DNA from: a virus
Virus record (IMG/VR): IMGVR_UViG_3300023198_000987
Reading direction: 5' to 3' (one strand)
Length of the DNA: 34,800 nucleotides
Shown here one piece after another: positions 6,605 through 14,472 of the stretch. The number at the start of each line of letters is the position of its first letter. The stretch's first letter is position 1. Below the pieces are notes generated by a model, which saw nothing but the letters and a program-made list of their open reading frames with translations, ran no database searches and was not told the origin of the DNA. The position numbers and the translations under genes were made by a program.

Positions 6605-6886
6605 TCAGTATCCAAAGCCGTTTTCGGTCGGGTCGTCGGCATAGTGATCGGCGAAGGCGTCAGCGCTCATGTGGCGGCGGTTGTAGTCGATTAAACTGTC
6701 GTGGGTGACACTGGCGGGCGATCCTTTAGTGACGTGCCCGTCCCGGTGCATGACGGTGTTGATGTCAAACAGGTGCAGGTCGTTGTTGACATCAAATGAC
6801 TCACCCACGCTGGGCTGTATTTGTGGAAACCCGAATTTTGTATTGAGGCTATCGCGGAAAGTGTTGGCAATGCGGTGCATGGTCAT
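6605..6886 (-). CDS. First leftward early gene; hypothetical acidic protein (93 aa)
   Basis: ORF immediately downstream of the divergent control region. aaggga lies upstream of the ATG. No domain recognised. Confidence 0.6.
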   Translation of the reverse strand: MTMHRIANTFRDSLNTKFGFPQIQPSVGESFDVNNDLHLFDINTVMHRDGHVTKGSPASVTHDSLIDYNRRHMSADAFADHYADDPTENGFGY

Positions 6887-6928
6887 CTGGTTCGTTCCCT
6901 TTTGCTATACGTCACCTAACAGCCCACA

Positions 6929-6957
6929 TTGACATAGGCAATAGTTTTTAATAATAA
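6929..6957 (+). promoter_or_regulatory. Putative sigma70-type rightward promoter (TTGACA-17 nt-TAATAA)
   Basis: TTGACA at 6929-6934, a 17-nt spacer, and TAATAA at 6952-6957, in the only AT-rich intergenic region. It lies about 40 nt upstream of the first rightward ATG (6997). Confidence 0.4.
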
Positions 6958-6978
6958 AAGAGCAATTATTTACCACAA
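6951..6978 (-). promoter_or_regulatory. Putative leftward promoter (TTGTGG-16 nt-TATTAT) whose -10 shares bases with the rightward -10
   Basis: On the minus strand, TTGTGG is at 6978-6973, the spacer is 16 nt, and TATTAT is at 6956-6951. The -35 match is weaker. Confidence 0.3.
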
Positions 6979-6996
6979 AAAAAGCAAGGTGTTGAA

Positions 6997-7377
6997 ATGA
7001 CTGAGGAAACAAGCGCGTCGGAAATGATAGACCGGGCGCAAAACCTGGCCAAAAGGGAAGGCATACCGCTTTCCGAGGCCATGGCGCGGGTCGAGGCTGC
7101 GCTTGCTGCGCCGTCGATGGGCGAGGACGAATGCACCTTTGAAATCACGGTAAAACTCAAGCCGCGCATTGCCAGGTGGTTGCGGTCTGTTCTGCCGCCA
7201 GAGGGCAAACTGACAACCGAGGACCGGCTGGCCGCGTACCTGCCGTATTTGCTGGGGCGGTCGTTTCGGGAAAACCGCGACATAGGCCGCGACGCGGCAG
7301 AAGTCACAAAAGGGCAGGCGGTCACAGTGCGCGGGCGCTTGGTTGAAGATGGCAAGGGGGCCAAGGTCGATGTTTGA
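6997..7377 (+). CDS. First rightward gene; hypothetical protein (126 aa)
   Basis: ORF with aagg upstream. No domain recognised. Confidence 0.6.
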   Translation: MTEETSASEMIDRAQNLAKREGIPLSEAMARVEAALAAPSMGEDECTFEITVKLKPRIARWLRSVLPPEGKLTTEDRLAAYLPYLLGRSFRENRDIGRDAAEVTKGQAVTVRGRLVEDGKGAKVDV

Positions 7378-7558
7378 TATTGATCCTAAAATTCTGATCG
7401 GCGCTGATCCGCGCGTTTTGGGGGCGGCGCTGAAAATTGCTTACGCTGATGTGCCAGAGGATCGCGCCCAGCACGTCAGCGGCGTAAGCGTGTATGTCTG
7501 GCGCGCGCAATCGGCGGAAATCATGGAGTTAGCGCAGCGGATTAGGGTGAAGGCATGA
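7370..7558 (+). CDS. Hypothetical protein (62 aa)
   Basis: In-frame ATG at 7370 (MFDIDPK) overlaps the upstream gene by 8 nt. The stop overlaps the next start (ATGA). Confidence 0.5.
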   Translation: MFDIDPKILIGADPRVLGAALKIAYADVPEDRAQHVSGVSVYVWRAQSAEIMELAQRIRVKA

Positions 7559-8394
7559 GGCGGTTTGGCATGATCGCAACATCAATCTGGCGCAGCCGCA
7601 AGTTTCGGGCGCTGGAAAACGACGCGGCCCGCATGACCTATCTGTATCTGCACACGTCCAAGCACGGCAATTCGGCTGGCGCGTTTATCATGCCGCCTGA
7701 ACTGGCAGCGCTCGAATTACCTTTCAATTCCGCGCAGGCCGGTGATGCCTTGGCGAACTTGTCCGACGTTGGCCTGATCCGGCGTGACGAGGATGAGGAA
7801 ATGGTGCAGATCGTGGATTTTTTCCGGGTCAATGTGATTTCCAGCATCAAGCACGCCGCCGGGCCGGTGAGCGTTCTTGAAGCGCTGCCCCACAGCCATT
7901 TGGTGCAGTATGTGGCGGCAGATATCACGCTGGCTATGGTGGCGCGTTTGGTCGAGTGGCGCGAGAAGATCCAATCACTGCGCGCAGCCGAAAACCCAAC
8001 CAGAAACCAGAGCGAAACATTATCACGAATGGCACAGTCGTTTGCCTCATTCGCAGCCGCTGCGGCAGACGTTGCAACTCGGCACAAAGCGGCGGAAATC
8101 ATCCCGAAAATCACAACCGAACCCGCGTTGCTAAATGGCGTATCGGAACACCTATCAATACCCCTATCCGTACCCCTAGCGATACAAGGAGACGGAGATA
8201 AACACGGATACGAGGACGAGGACGGACACGAGGACGAGGACGAGGACGAGGACGGAAAGGGCGAAAAATCGCAAAAGGCAGCGAAACCGCCTGACCTTCC
8301 CGCTATTAGCGGTCAGGCGGCCCGCCGTGGTAAGAGGGTTCCAGCCGAAACCGCCGCGCAAATCGCTGAACTCAGAGCAAAGGCAGGAAAATGA
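7555..8394 (+). CDS. Putative replication organizer / initiator-like protein (winged-helix N-terminus, acidic repeat tail)
   Basis: The N-terminus IATSIWRSRKFRALENDAARMTYLYLHTSKHGNSAGAF...LANLSDVGLIRRD resembles the phage replisome-organizer / DnaD-like N-terminal pattern. The C-terminal part has a YEDEDGHEDEDEDEDG repeat. The functional call is weak. Confidence 0.45.
   Translation: MRRFGMIATSIWRSRKFRALENDAARMTYLYLHTSKHGNSAGAFIMPPELAALELPFNSAQAGDALANLSDVGLIRRDEDEEMVQIVDFFRVNVISSIKHAAGPVSVLEALPHSHLVQYVAADITLAMVARLVEWREKIQSLRAAENPTRNQSETLSRMAQSFASFAAAAADVATRHKAAEIIPKITTEPALLNGVSEHLSIPLSVPLAIQGDGDKHGYEDEDGHEDEDEDEDGKGEKSQKAAKPPDLPAISGQAARRGKRVPAETAAQIAELRAKAGK
8212..8253 (+). repeat. Tandem GAGGAC hexamer tract (6 perfect copies and 1 variant) encoding an Asp/Glu run
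   Basis: Read directly: gaggac gaggac ggacac gaggac gaggac gaggac gaggac. Confidence 0.9.
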
Positions 8395-8957
8395 TTGAGG
8401 GCCTATCATTCGCAAAGCATCCACGCGACGAAAAAACCGGCATGTTTGTGCGCAAGATCACCAGCGCGGATCAAATCAGGGAACTCTGCCAAGCATATTT
8501 CAATGGCCTGCTGGTCATGGCCGAGGAAATCAAAACCGACAAGGACGGCAACGAAACCCGAAAGCCGTTTGTCCTGAAAGAAAACAAAGCTGGGATCGCA
8601 GGGCTGGCCGCGTACCTGGGCATTAACCGCTCGTACCTGTTCGAATACATGCAGATGACCGATCCGGCCCTAGAACCCATCCAACACGTCTTGCGCGCGG
8701 CGAGGGCCACAATCGAAGCAGAACAGGAGCAATCGCTGTTCCACAGGGAAACCAGCCGGGGCGCTGAATTCTCACTGCGCTGCAATTTTCGCTGGGGCGA
8801 GACTGGCGCAGGGCAATCCGCAGTGATCGAGGAAGAAATCGAAGAACCAGAGGACGACGCGCAAGCGATCCCCAAGTGGAGCGCGCCAACACCCGGCAGC
8901 GCCCGCCTGCCAGCCACAACCGGCGATGATGATCCTTTTGGCGGTCATGGTACTTAA
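8391..8957 (+). CDS. terS: Terminase small subunit
   Basis: 188 aa, immediately upstream of the packaging genes. It has the HTH-like AGIAGLAAYLGINRSYLFEY, then LRAARATIEAEQEQSLFHRETSRGAEFSLRCNFRW, and an acidic tail, which is the typical terS layout. Confidence 0.6.
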   Translation: MIEGLSFAKHPRDEKTGMFVRKITSADQIRELCQAYFNGLLVMAEEIKTDKDGNETRKPFVLKENKAGIAGLAAYLGINRSYLFEYMQMTDPALEPIQHVLRAARATIEAEQEQSLFHRETSRGAEFSLRCNFRWGETGAGQSAVIEEEIEEPEDDAQAIPKWSAPTPGSARLPATTGDDDPFGGHGT

Positions 8958-9019
8958 AACCGGAGTTGCCCGTCAGCGGGCCGCTCAGAGAGTGAACGTC
9001 ACGTAAGGAGGGAAACTGG

Positions 9020-9433
9020 ATGGAATATATCAAAGCAACGCCGCACGATCCTGAAATCGGGCAGATTGGAGACTGTTTCCGCTGCTGCATCGCGGCGATT
9101 ATGGGGCTGCCCAAACGAGATGTGCCGCACTTCTTTGGCGATGATCGCGGCGCAGAGGGTGCATTCGATTGGGTGCGATCCTGGCTTTCCATTCGCGGCC
9201 TCGTCTTGGGATGGATGAATTACTATGGCGAGCCTGCCGACGTTCTGGCCGTGTCGGGCGAATTAATGCCCGACGTGCCGCTGATCCTGTGCGGGAACAC
9301 GCGCACGGGCACGGGGCACGCCGTGGTTGTCATGGGTGGTCAGGTTGTCATGGACCCAAGCGGTGCGCCGATTGCCGGGCCTGCGGACAACGGCTTGCTC
9401 AACGTGTATTTCATCGCCAAAATGTCAGCATGA
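9020..9433 (+). CDS. Papain-fold (C39-like) cysteine peptidase-like protein, 137 aa
   Basis: GDCFRCCIAAIMGLP (candidate nucleophile Cys at a helix start), then GTGHAVVVMGGQVVMDP (His followed by Asp). The order and spacing are typical of papain-like C-H-D enzymes. A strong SD (aaggaggg) is present. Confidence 0.45.
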   Translation: MEYIKATPHDPEIGQIGDCFRCCIAAIMGLPKRDVPHFFGDDRGAEGAFDWVRSWLSIRGLVLGWMNYYGEPADVLAVSGELMPDVPLILCGNTRTGTGHAVVVMGGQVVMDPSGAPIAGPADNGLLNVYFIAKMSA

Positions 9434-9696
9434 ACGTGTTTCGAGCGCACCCGAGCGAGGTTGCCAAGGTTGCAGATCGCGCCATTGCTGAAACGGCGGA
9501 TTGGCGGCGGCAGGCTGATCTGGCGATCCGCGATGTGCCATTCGATGACAAAAACGCATCGGCGGTCAGGCGCAAGCGGGCAAGGCACTGGTGCAAAGAC
9601 TGCGGCGAGGCGATCAATGCGCGCGCCGTGACAGGTCTTTGCCATCCGTGCTACATGAAAGGCCACCACGGGAAAAAGCGCGGGGGGACGGCGTGA
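9430..9696 (+). CDS. Zinc-ribbon protein (88 aa)
   Basis: ATG 9430 overlaps the upstream stop (ATGA). CKDCGEAINARAVTGLCHPC has CxxC...CxxC. The upstream part of the 175-aa ORF overlaps the previous gene and looks off-frame. Confidence 0.55.
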   Translation: MNVFRAHPSEVAKVADRAIAETADWRRQADLAIRDVPFDDKNASAVRRKRARHWCKDCGEAINARAVTGLCHPCYMKGHHGKKRGGTA

Positions 9697-11318
9697 CCTG
9701 GACCTTTAAGGCCAGCCCGGTTGCGTTTGACTTCCTGAATGATCGTTCGTTCGGCTCATTCGTGGTCGGGCCGGTCGGCGGGGGTAAGACGCTGCCCGCA
9801 ATCCTCAAGATCAGGGAAATCGCCAAGGTGCAGGCGGCATCGCCTGACGGGGTGCGCCGGTCGAGGTTTGCAATCATCCGCAACACCGCGCCGGAACTGC
9901 GGACCACAACCGCGCAGACGTATCAGATCGTTTACCCGCCGGAGAAATACGGCGATATTGTCTGGCGATCACCAGCCACGCACAACTACGCGCCCGCCGG
10001 GTCTGACGTGCAGGCAGAGGTCAACCTGATCGCCCTGGATAAGCCAGCCGATGTTAAAAAGCTGCTTTCAATGGAACTGACGGCGGCATTCCTGAACGAA
10101 GCGCGCGAAATCCCGCGTGTTGTGGTCAGTCGCATGACTGAGCGTGTGGGCCGGTATCGCGTCAATGAGCGTGAAACCACATGGTCCGGCCTTTGGGGCG
10201 ACTACAACGCGCCTCATGCCGATCATTGGCTTGCCGACTGGCACCTGAACAACACGCCGGAGGGCTTCAAGTTTCACCAGCAACCGCCCGCTGTGCTTGA
10301 GGTCAGGCCGCTACAGGGCGGCGGTGCCGAGGTCATCGACCAGAACTTTCCCGACTATCAGGGCCAGCGCTGGACCGATGCGGACGTGATGATCTGGTAC
10401 AAGGGCCGGGCTAGGAAAGTGAATTGCCCGATTGAGATATGCGAGGCGGCGGATCGCTACTGGATCGTCAACCCATACGCCGAAAACCTGATTGCGCTGT
10501 CCCGCGTTGACAACACGGTCAACCCGATTGGTGCCCGATCCTACTATGGCCGGGCGCTGGCCGGTAAGCGTGTGGCTGAAATCCGTTCATACCTGCAAGG
10601 CGTTTATGAGTTTGTCAGCGACGGCAAGCGCGTGGTGCCGAACTACGACGACGACGCCAGCGCGGTGCCCGATCTGCAACCGATGAAGGAATTGCCGATT
10701 ATGTTCGGAATGGACATTGGCGGCGGCACGCTGCAACCGGCGGCGATCTGGTTTCAGCGGCATCCAGAAGGCACATACCTCATCCTGGGCGAGACAATCG
10801 GGCGGGAAATGGGCACGGATCGCTTCAAGGACCAGTGCTGGCAAGACCTGAACCGCTGGTTTCCTGACCATGTGTCGCGCGGCAAGATCGGGCAGGGCTG
10901 GGGCGACCCGGCAGGCGAGGGGCGCGATGAGATATTTGAGGTCAAGGTGCTGGATTTCCTGCGGCGTGAGGGAAAATTCGACATTCGCCCGGCACCATCG
11001 CAGGATCCAAAGCTGCGCGCCGGGGCATGGGTGGCGGCCTGCGGTCGATCCATTCGAGGCAAGCCCGGCGTTCTGGTCAACAAGGAACGATGCCCGCAAC
11101 TGCGCACCGGCCTGATGGGTGCCTGGCATTACAAGCGGGTTCAAGTGGCCGGGGAAGATCGCTACCAGGACAAGCCGGTCAAAAATGACGCATCGCATCC
11201 GTGTGACGGCGGCGGGTATGGCCTGCTGGGCGCGGGCGAGTATCAGGCGGCAGGCGGCAGAGTGAGCGTTGAGACAACGCAGGCGGTCATGGCGGATGGC
11301 GACTTTGATGTATTCTGA
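9693..11318 (+). CDS. terL: Terminase large subunit
   Basis: Walker A GPVGGGKT, Walker B-like TAAFLNEA, and nuclease-half acidic motifs MFGMDIGGG, GDPAGEGRDE and NDASHPCDGGGY. The start is taken as GTG 9693 (GTGA overlap with the upstream stop). GTG 9591 is the alternative. Confidence 0.85.
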   Translation: MTWTFKASPVAFDFLNDRSFGSFVVGPVGGGKTLPAILKIREIAKVQAASPDGVRRSRFAIIRNTAPELRTTTAQTYQIVYPPEKYGDIVWRSPATHNYAPAGSDVQAEVNLIALDKPADVKKLLSMELTAAFLNEAREIPRVVVSRMTERVGRYRVNERETTWSGLWGDYNAPHADHWLADWHLNNTPEGFKFHQQPPAVLEVRPLQGGGAEVIDQNFPDYQGQRWTDADVMIWYKGRARKVNCPIEICEAADRYWIVNPYAENLIALSRVDNTVNPIGARSYYGRALAGKRVAEIRSYLQGVYEFVSDGKRVVPNYDDDASAVPDLQPMKELPIMFGMDIGGGTLQPAAIWFQRHPEGTYLILGETIGREMGTDRFKDQCWQDLNRWFPDHVSRGKIGQGWGDPAGEGRDEIFEVKVLDFLRREGKFDIRPAPSQDPKLRAGAWVAACGRSIRGKPGVLVNKERCPQLRTGLMGAWHYKRVQVAGEDRYQDKPVKNDASHPCDGGGYGLLGAGEYQAAGGRVSVETTQAVMADGDFDVF

Positions 11319-11520
11319 GGACGAAATCAGGGCCGAGGGCGACCGGGTTAAGTCGGCAATCCGGGCTTGCGGCAGGGTGGTTGATGTGAACGACGCCGCG
11401 CGGACCTTTGCGCCCGTGGTGGCCAAGCTGTCCAAGTCTGGCATCGACGGGCAAACGATGGTCATTCAAATCAAGAACCTGGCGGCCTATCGCCGCTGGG
11501 AAATCAGGAGGGATGAGTAA
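11308..11520 (+). CDS. Hypothetical protein (70 aa)
   Basis: ATG 11308 overlaps the terL end. The stop overlaps the next start (TAATG). No domain recognised. Confidence 0.5.
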   Translation: MYSEDEIRAEGDRVKSAIRACGRVVDVNDAARTFAPVVAKLSKSGIDGQTMVIQIKNLAAYRRWEIRRDE

Positions 11521-12017
11521 TGCCGTTGAACCAACCCGATGAACTGAACCTCAAGCTGGATATTCCGACGCTCATGCAGGCTTGCAAGGGCAACGTCGAT
11601 AACCTGCCTTCGTTCGTGGTTCACAACGATGACGTTTGGCCCGCGTGGCGTAAGACCATGCTGGACAGCAAAAACCGCATTCACATTCGGCGCAACTCGT
11701 TCAACGCCACGGTCGCGCTTCAGGTTCCGGTCAGGCCGGGCTTGTGGCTGCGCGTTGACGCCCAGCAATTCCACATTGATTTGGAACCGCATCACTTGCA
11801 GGGCGGCACCGAGGGAATGCACAAGGCCACGGATCACAAGCATTCGCGCGCCGTGGTGCAGGCCGACGATGACGGGCAGACGCCGGGGGATTGGGAATAT
11901 GGCAAAAACCGCTCGACTATCTCGGAGCGTGACGGACGGAAAGGGCCGTCATTGGCTGATATCGAACATGCACGAAAGCGCGGCAAAGGAAGCATCGCAG
12001 TCGATATTACAGATTAG
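11520..12017 (+). CDS. Hypothetical protein (165 aa)
   Basis: aggaggg lies 7 nt upstream. Third-position GC is high for most of its length and falls in the last 25 or so codons. Confidence 0.55.
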   Translation: MPLNQPDELNLKLDIPTLMQACKGNVDNLPSFVVHNDDVWPAWRKTMLDSKNRIHIRRNSFNATVALQVPVRPGLWLRVDAQQFHIDLEPHHLQGGTEGMHKATDHKHSRAVVQADDDGQTPGDWEYGKNRSTISERDGRKGPSLADIEHARKRGKGSIAVDITD

Positions 12018-12444
12018 GCAAACGATCTATGCGCCCTACCAAGCGAGCATTCTTGAGGGCAATGCGCTGGTGGCGGGCTTCTGCGTCATGCCAGACGACG
12101 ATCAGGGCAAAGGCTGGTTTGTCGGGTATCGAGGCAAGGCGCTCAGATCGGCGGCACAACTGCGGATCGGGCTGCGCTGGTGGCATCAGGTGCGGGCCGA
12201 ATTCGATGAGGTTCACGCCTGGGTGCAAAGCGATTGGCCGGAAGCGCGGGCGCTGGCCGAGTGGGGCGGGCTGAAACGTGAGGCTGGACCAATACAGGGT
12301 ATTTCGGGTATTGGTCTGGAAATGGACCTAATGGTGTGGAGAAAGTCAGATGGGAAGCATGTTCGGCGGCGGCGGAATGTCGCAACAGCAAAAGGATCAG
12401 ATCGCCTCGTCCAAAAAGCAGACGCAGCAAAACATGGAAGATAG
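11968..12444 (+). CDS. Hypothetical protein, weakly GNAT-acetyltransferase-like; both boundaries uncertain
   Basis: ALVAGFCVMPDDDQGKGWFVGYRGKALRSAAQLRIGLRWWHQVRAEFDEVHAWVQSDWPEARALAEWGGL loosely resembles a GNAT core. There is no good SD at ATG 11968. The last 95 nt overlap the next gene in a low-GC3 frame. Confidence 0.35.
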   Translation: MHESAAKEASQSILQIRQTIYAPYQASILEGNALVAGFCVMPDDDQGKGWFVGYRGKALRSAAQLRIGLRWWHQVRAEFDEVHAWVQSDWPEARALAEWGGLKREAGPIQGISGIGLEMDLMVWRKSDGKHVRRRRNVATAKGSDRLVQKADAAKHGR

Positions 12445-12559
12445 CGGGCGGTCCCAGCAACGGGCCGAACGCGGATCAAGCCGGGCGGGCAGTCGCGGCA
12501 TTCTGATGGGCCTGCTGACCAAGGGACTTACCAACCGTCTTGGGAGCCAAGGTAACTGA
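12350..12559 (+). CDS. Small basic Gly/Gln/Ser-rich disordered protein (69 aa) immediately upstream of the portal gene
   Basis: ggagaaag lies 6 nt upstream of the ATG. GC3 is high in this frame. Confidence 0.6.
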   Translation: MGSMFGGGGMSQQQKDQIASSKKQTQQNMEDSGRSQQRAERGSSRAGSRGILMGLLTKGLTNRLGSQGN

Positions 12560-12560
12560 C

Positions 12561-14198
12561 GTGGCACAATGGTCAGTGAAAGAGGCGCAGCGCGAAAGCC
12601 ACGCCGCCAAGAAGATCAAAGACCGGCGCGATGAACTCTATCGTGAAGGCGTTGAACTGACGGTTCCTGACCGCGAAAACTTCACCAACAACAATCCGAA
12701 CGCCGACAAGGCGTCTTTCATCTGGGACAGCACGGCAGGCATCAACCTGATGCGCGCCGCCTCGCAGATGACGACCGACTACACGCCGAAAGATCAGGAT
12801 TGGGCGCAGGTCAAGCCCGGCAAGCTGGTTGATGTGGCCGGGCCTGAGTACGTCAAGGAACAGACCGGCCAGACCGCCGATGATTTGAAGGCCACGCTGG
12901 CGGCAACCACGGCTTTTATCCAAGCGATCTGCCACGGCCCGACATTCCAGACGGCTTCGTTTGAAATGTATGTTGACTGGCTGATTGGTCAGGGCGGGCT
13001 GGATATCATCACCAACAACGTGTTTGCGCCGTCGCCGATCACCTTCCGGTCCATGTCGATTGCAACATTCGTCACGCGGGACGGGCCATTCGGCGTGGAC
13101 CGCGTGTTCATGTGGCACGAAATGGACCCGCGCAAGATCCAAGTTGAATGGCCAGACGCCAAGATGCCGGATGGAATCACGCAGGCAATCGACAACGCCA
13201 AGCGCGATAATTCGCAGCCAAAGGACGTGAAGCTGTGCCAGTGTCGTTACTTCGATTATGATGAGCGCGGCGACCGCAAGTGGCGGCATGAGGTCTTTTG
13301 GTTCAACGGCAACTATCATGACGGCGGCTCGCGCGTGGTTGAGCGGATGCACTTGGGCAAGAAATGCGTGACACCGCGCTATTCTGCTATGGCAGGCGAG
13401 GAAATCGGGCGCGGCCCCGTCATCTTCGCCCTGCCCGATATCAGGACCGCCAACAAGATCGTTGAAATGACCCTGCGCGCGGCTGCTGTTGCGGTCGGCG
13501 GGATTTACACGCAGGTCCGTGACGGCGTTCTGTCGCCGATCAAGATCAAGCCTCTGGCCGTCATCAAGGTCGAGGCGAACGCGGGCGCGCGCGGGCCGTC
13601 TCTGCAACGCTTGGACACGCCGCAACAGATCAACTTTGGCGATGTGCTGCTGGAAAGGTTGCACGAAAGCATCAAAAAAGTTCTCGGGGATCGCAGCTTG
13701 CCGAGTGAATTGGGGCCGGTCAGGACCGCAACCGAATTCATTGAGCGCGTGCGCGAACTGGTGTCGGACCAGGCGGGCGGGATTGCGCGTCTGGATGGCG
13801 AATTCGTCACGCCGCTGTTTCAGGAAGTCATCGACGCGGGCGTTGACATGGGGATCGTCGGTCAGCGCGTCGTTATTGACGGGCTTTTGGTCGATGGTCG
13901 GATCAAGTCGCCTCTGGCTCAAACGGCTGCAATGCAAGAGGCGTCAACGCTGGTGCGCTTTGTGGAAATCGTTCAAATGCTTCTGGGACCGCAAGGGACC
14001 ATGATGGCGCTGAACATGGAGCGCGTGGCAAAAGAGATTGCCCGCTTGATGGAAGTCGCACCACACATGATGAACACGCCAGAGGAAGCGCAGGCGATCA
14101 TGAAAGGCATGGCGGCAGCGGTGGCGGCAGAGGGTGGCGGCGACCCTGTTCAGGCGGCAGAAATGGTGGGAGGCGAGGAGGGTGGCAACACAGTTTGA
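12561..14198 (+). CDS. Portal protein (T7 gp8-type head-to-tail connector)
   Basis: About 545 aa. FIWDSTAGINLMRAASQMTTDYTPKDQDWAQV fits the T7-type connector N-terminal pattern (DsTa...la.gl...l.P....W). It follows terL and precedes scaffold and MCP. Start is GTG 12561 or TTG 12540. Confidence 0.8.
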   Translation: MAQWSVKEAQRESHAAKKIKDRRDELYREGVELTVPDRENFTNNNPNADKASFIWDSTAGINLMRAASQMTTDYTPKDQDWAQVKPGKLVDVAGPEYVKEQTGQTADDLKATLAATTAFIQAICHGPTFQTASFEMYVDWLIGQGGLDIITNNVFAPSPITFRSMSIATFVTRDGPFGVDRVFMWHEMDPRKIQVEWPDAKMPDGITQAIDNAKRDNSQPKDVKLCQCRYFDYDERGDRKWRHEVFWFNGNYHDGGSRVVERMHLGKKCVTPRYSAMAGEEIGRGPVIFALPDIRTANKIVEMTLRAAAVAVGGIYTQVRDGVLSPIKIKPLAVIKVEANAGARGPSLQRLDTPQQINFGDVLLERLHESIKKVLGDRSLPSELGPVRTATEFIERVRELVSDQAGGIARLDGEFVTPLFQEVIDAGVDMGIVGQRVVIDGLLVDGRIKSPLAQTAAMQEASTLVRFVEIVQMLLGPQGTMMALNMERVAKEIARLMEVAPHMMNTPEEAQAIMKGMAAAVAAEGGGDPVQAAEMVGGEEGGNTV

Positions 14199-14472
14199 CG
14201 AGGCGTTAGGGTTTGAGGCGTTCCAGGACGCGGCAGAGGAAGGCAAGGCGGGCCAGGGCGATAGCGCCGGGCCGCCGCGCGAGTTGTTCCGCATGGTGTT
14301 TGGATCGACCGAGGGGCGCGAGGTCATGGCCTACCTGTTCCGGCAGTTTGTCCACGGCCAGCGCTGGCAGCCTGGCGAGCCTATGGAATTTGGCGTGATG
14401 CGCGACGGTCAGGCCGCCGTGGTTTCACAGATGTCGAATTGGGCCTACGGGCCGTTACCGGAGGATGATTGA
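14182..14472 (+). CDS. Small conserved head-module protein, possibly Bbp19-like
   Basis: FRMVFGSTEGREVMAYLFRQF...FGVMRDGQAAVVSQM resembles, from memory, the Bbp19-like family found after portal genes in BPP-1-type podoviruses. The GTG 14182 start is uncertain and ATG 14293 (RMVFG) is the alternative. Confidence 0.45.
   Translation: MATQFDEALGFEAFQDAAEEGKAGQGDSAGPPRELFRMVFGSTEGREVMAYLFRQFVHGQRWQPGEPMEFGVMRDGQAAVVSQMSNWAYGPLPEDD

Noticed and set aside
8958-9019. Small hairpin gcccg-tcag-cgggc after terS as a terminator
   Set aside because: It has only 5 bp, no T-run, and is immediately followed by a strong SD of the next co-directional gene.
12573-13937. 454-aa minus-strand ORF antisense to the portal gene. 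The same applies to 10587..11465, 17897..18682, 25432..26712, 25683..26408, 26932..27540, 28461..29153, 29976..30608 and 33782..34516
   Set aside because: These are long stop-free antisense frames, as expected in GC-rich DNA. Their products are Arg/Pro/His-rich and lack motifs, and each lies inside a sense gene with clear homology or coupling signals.
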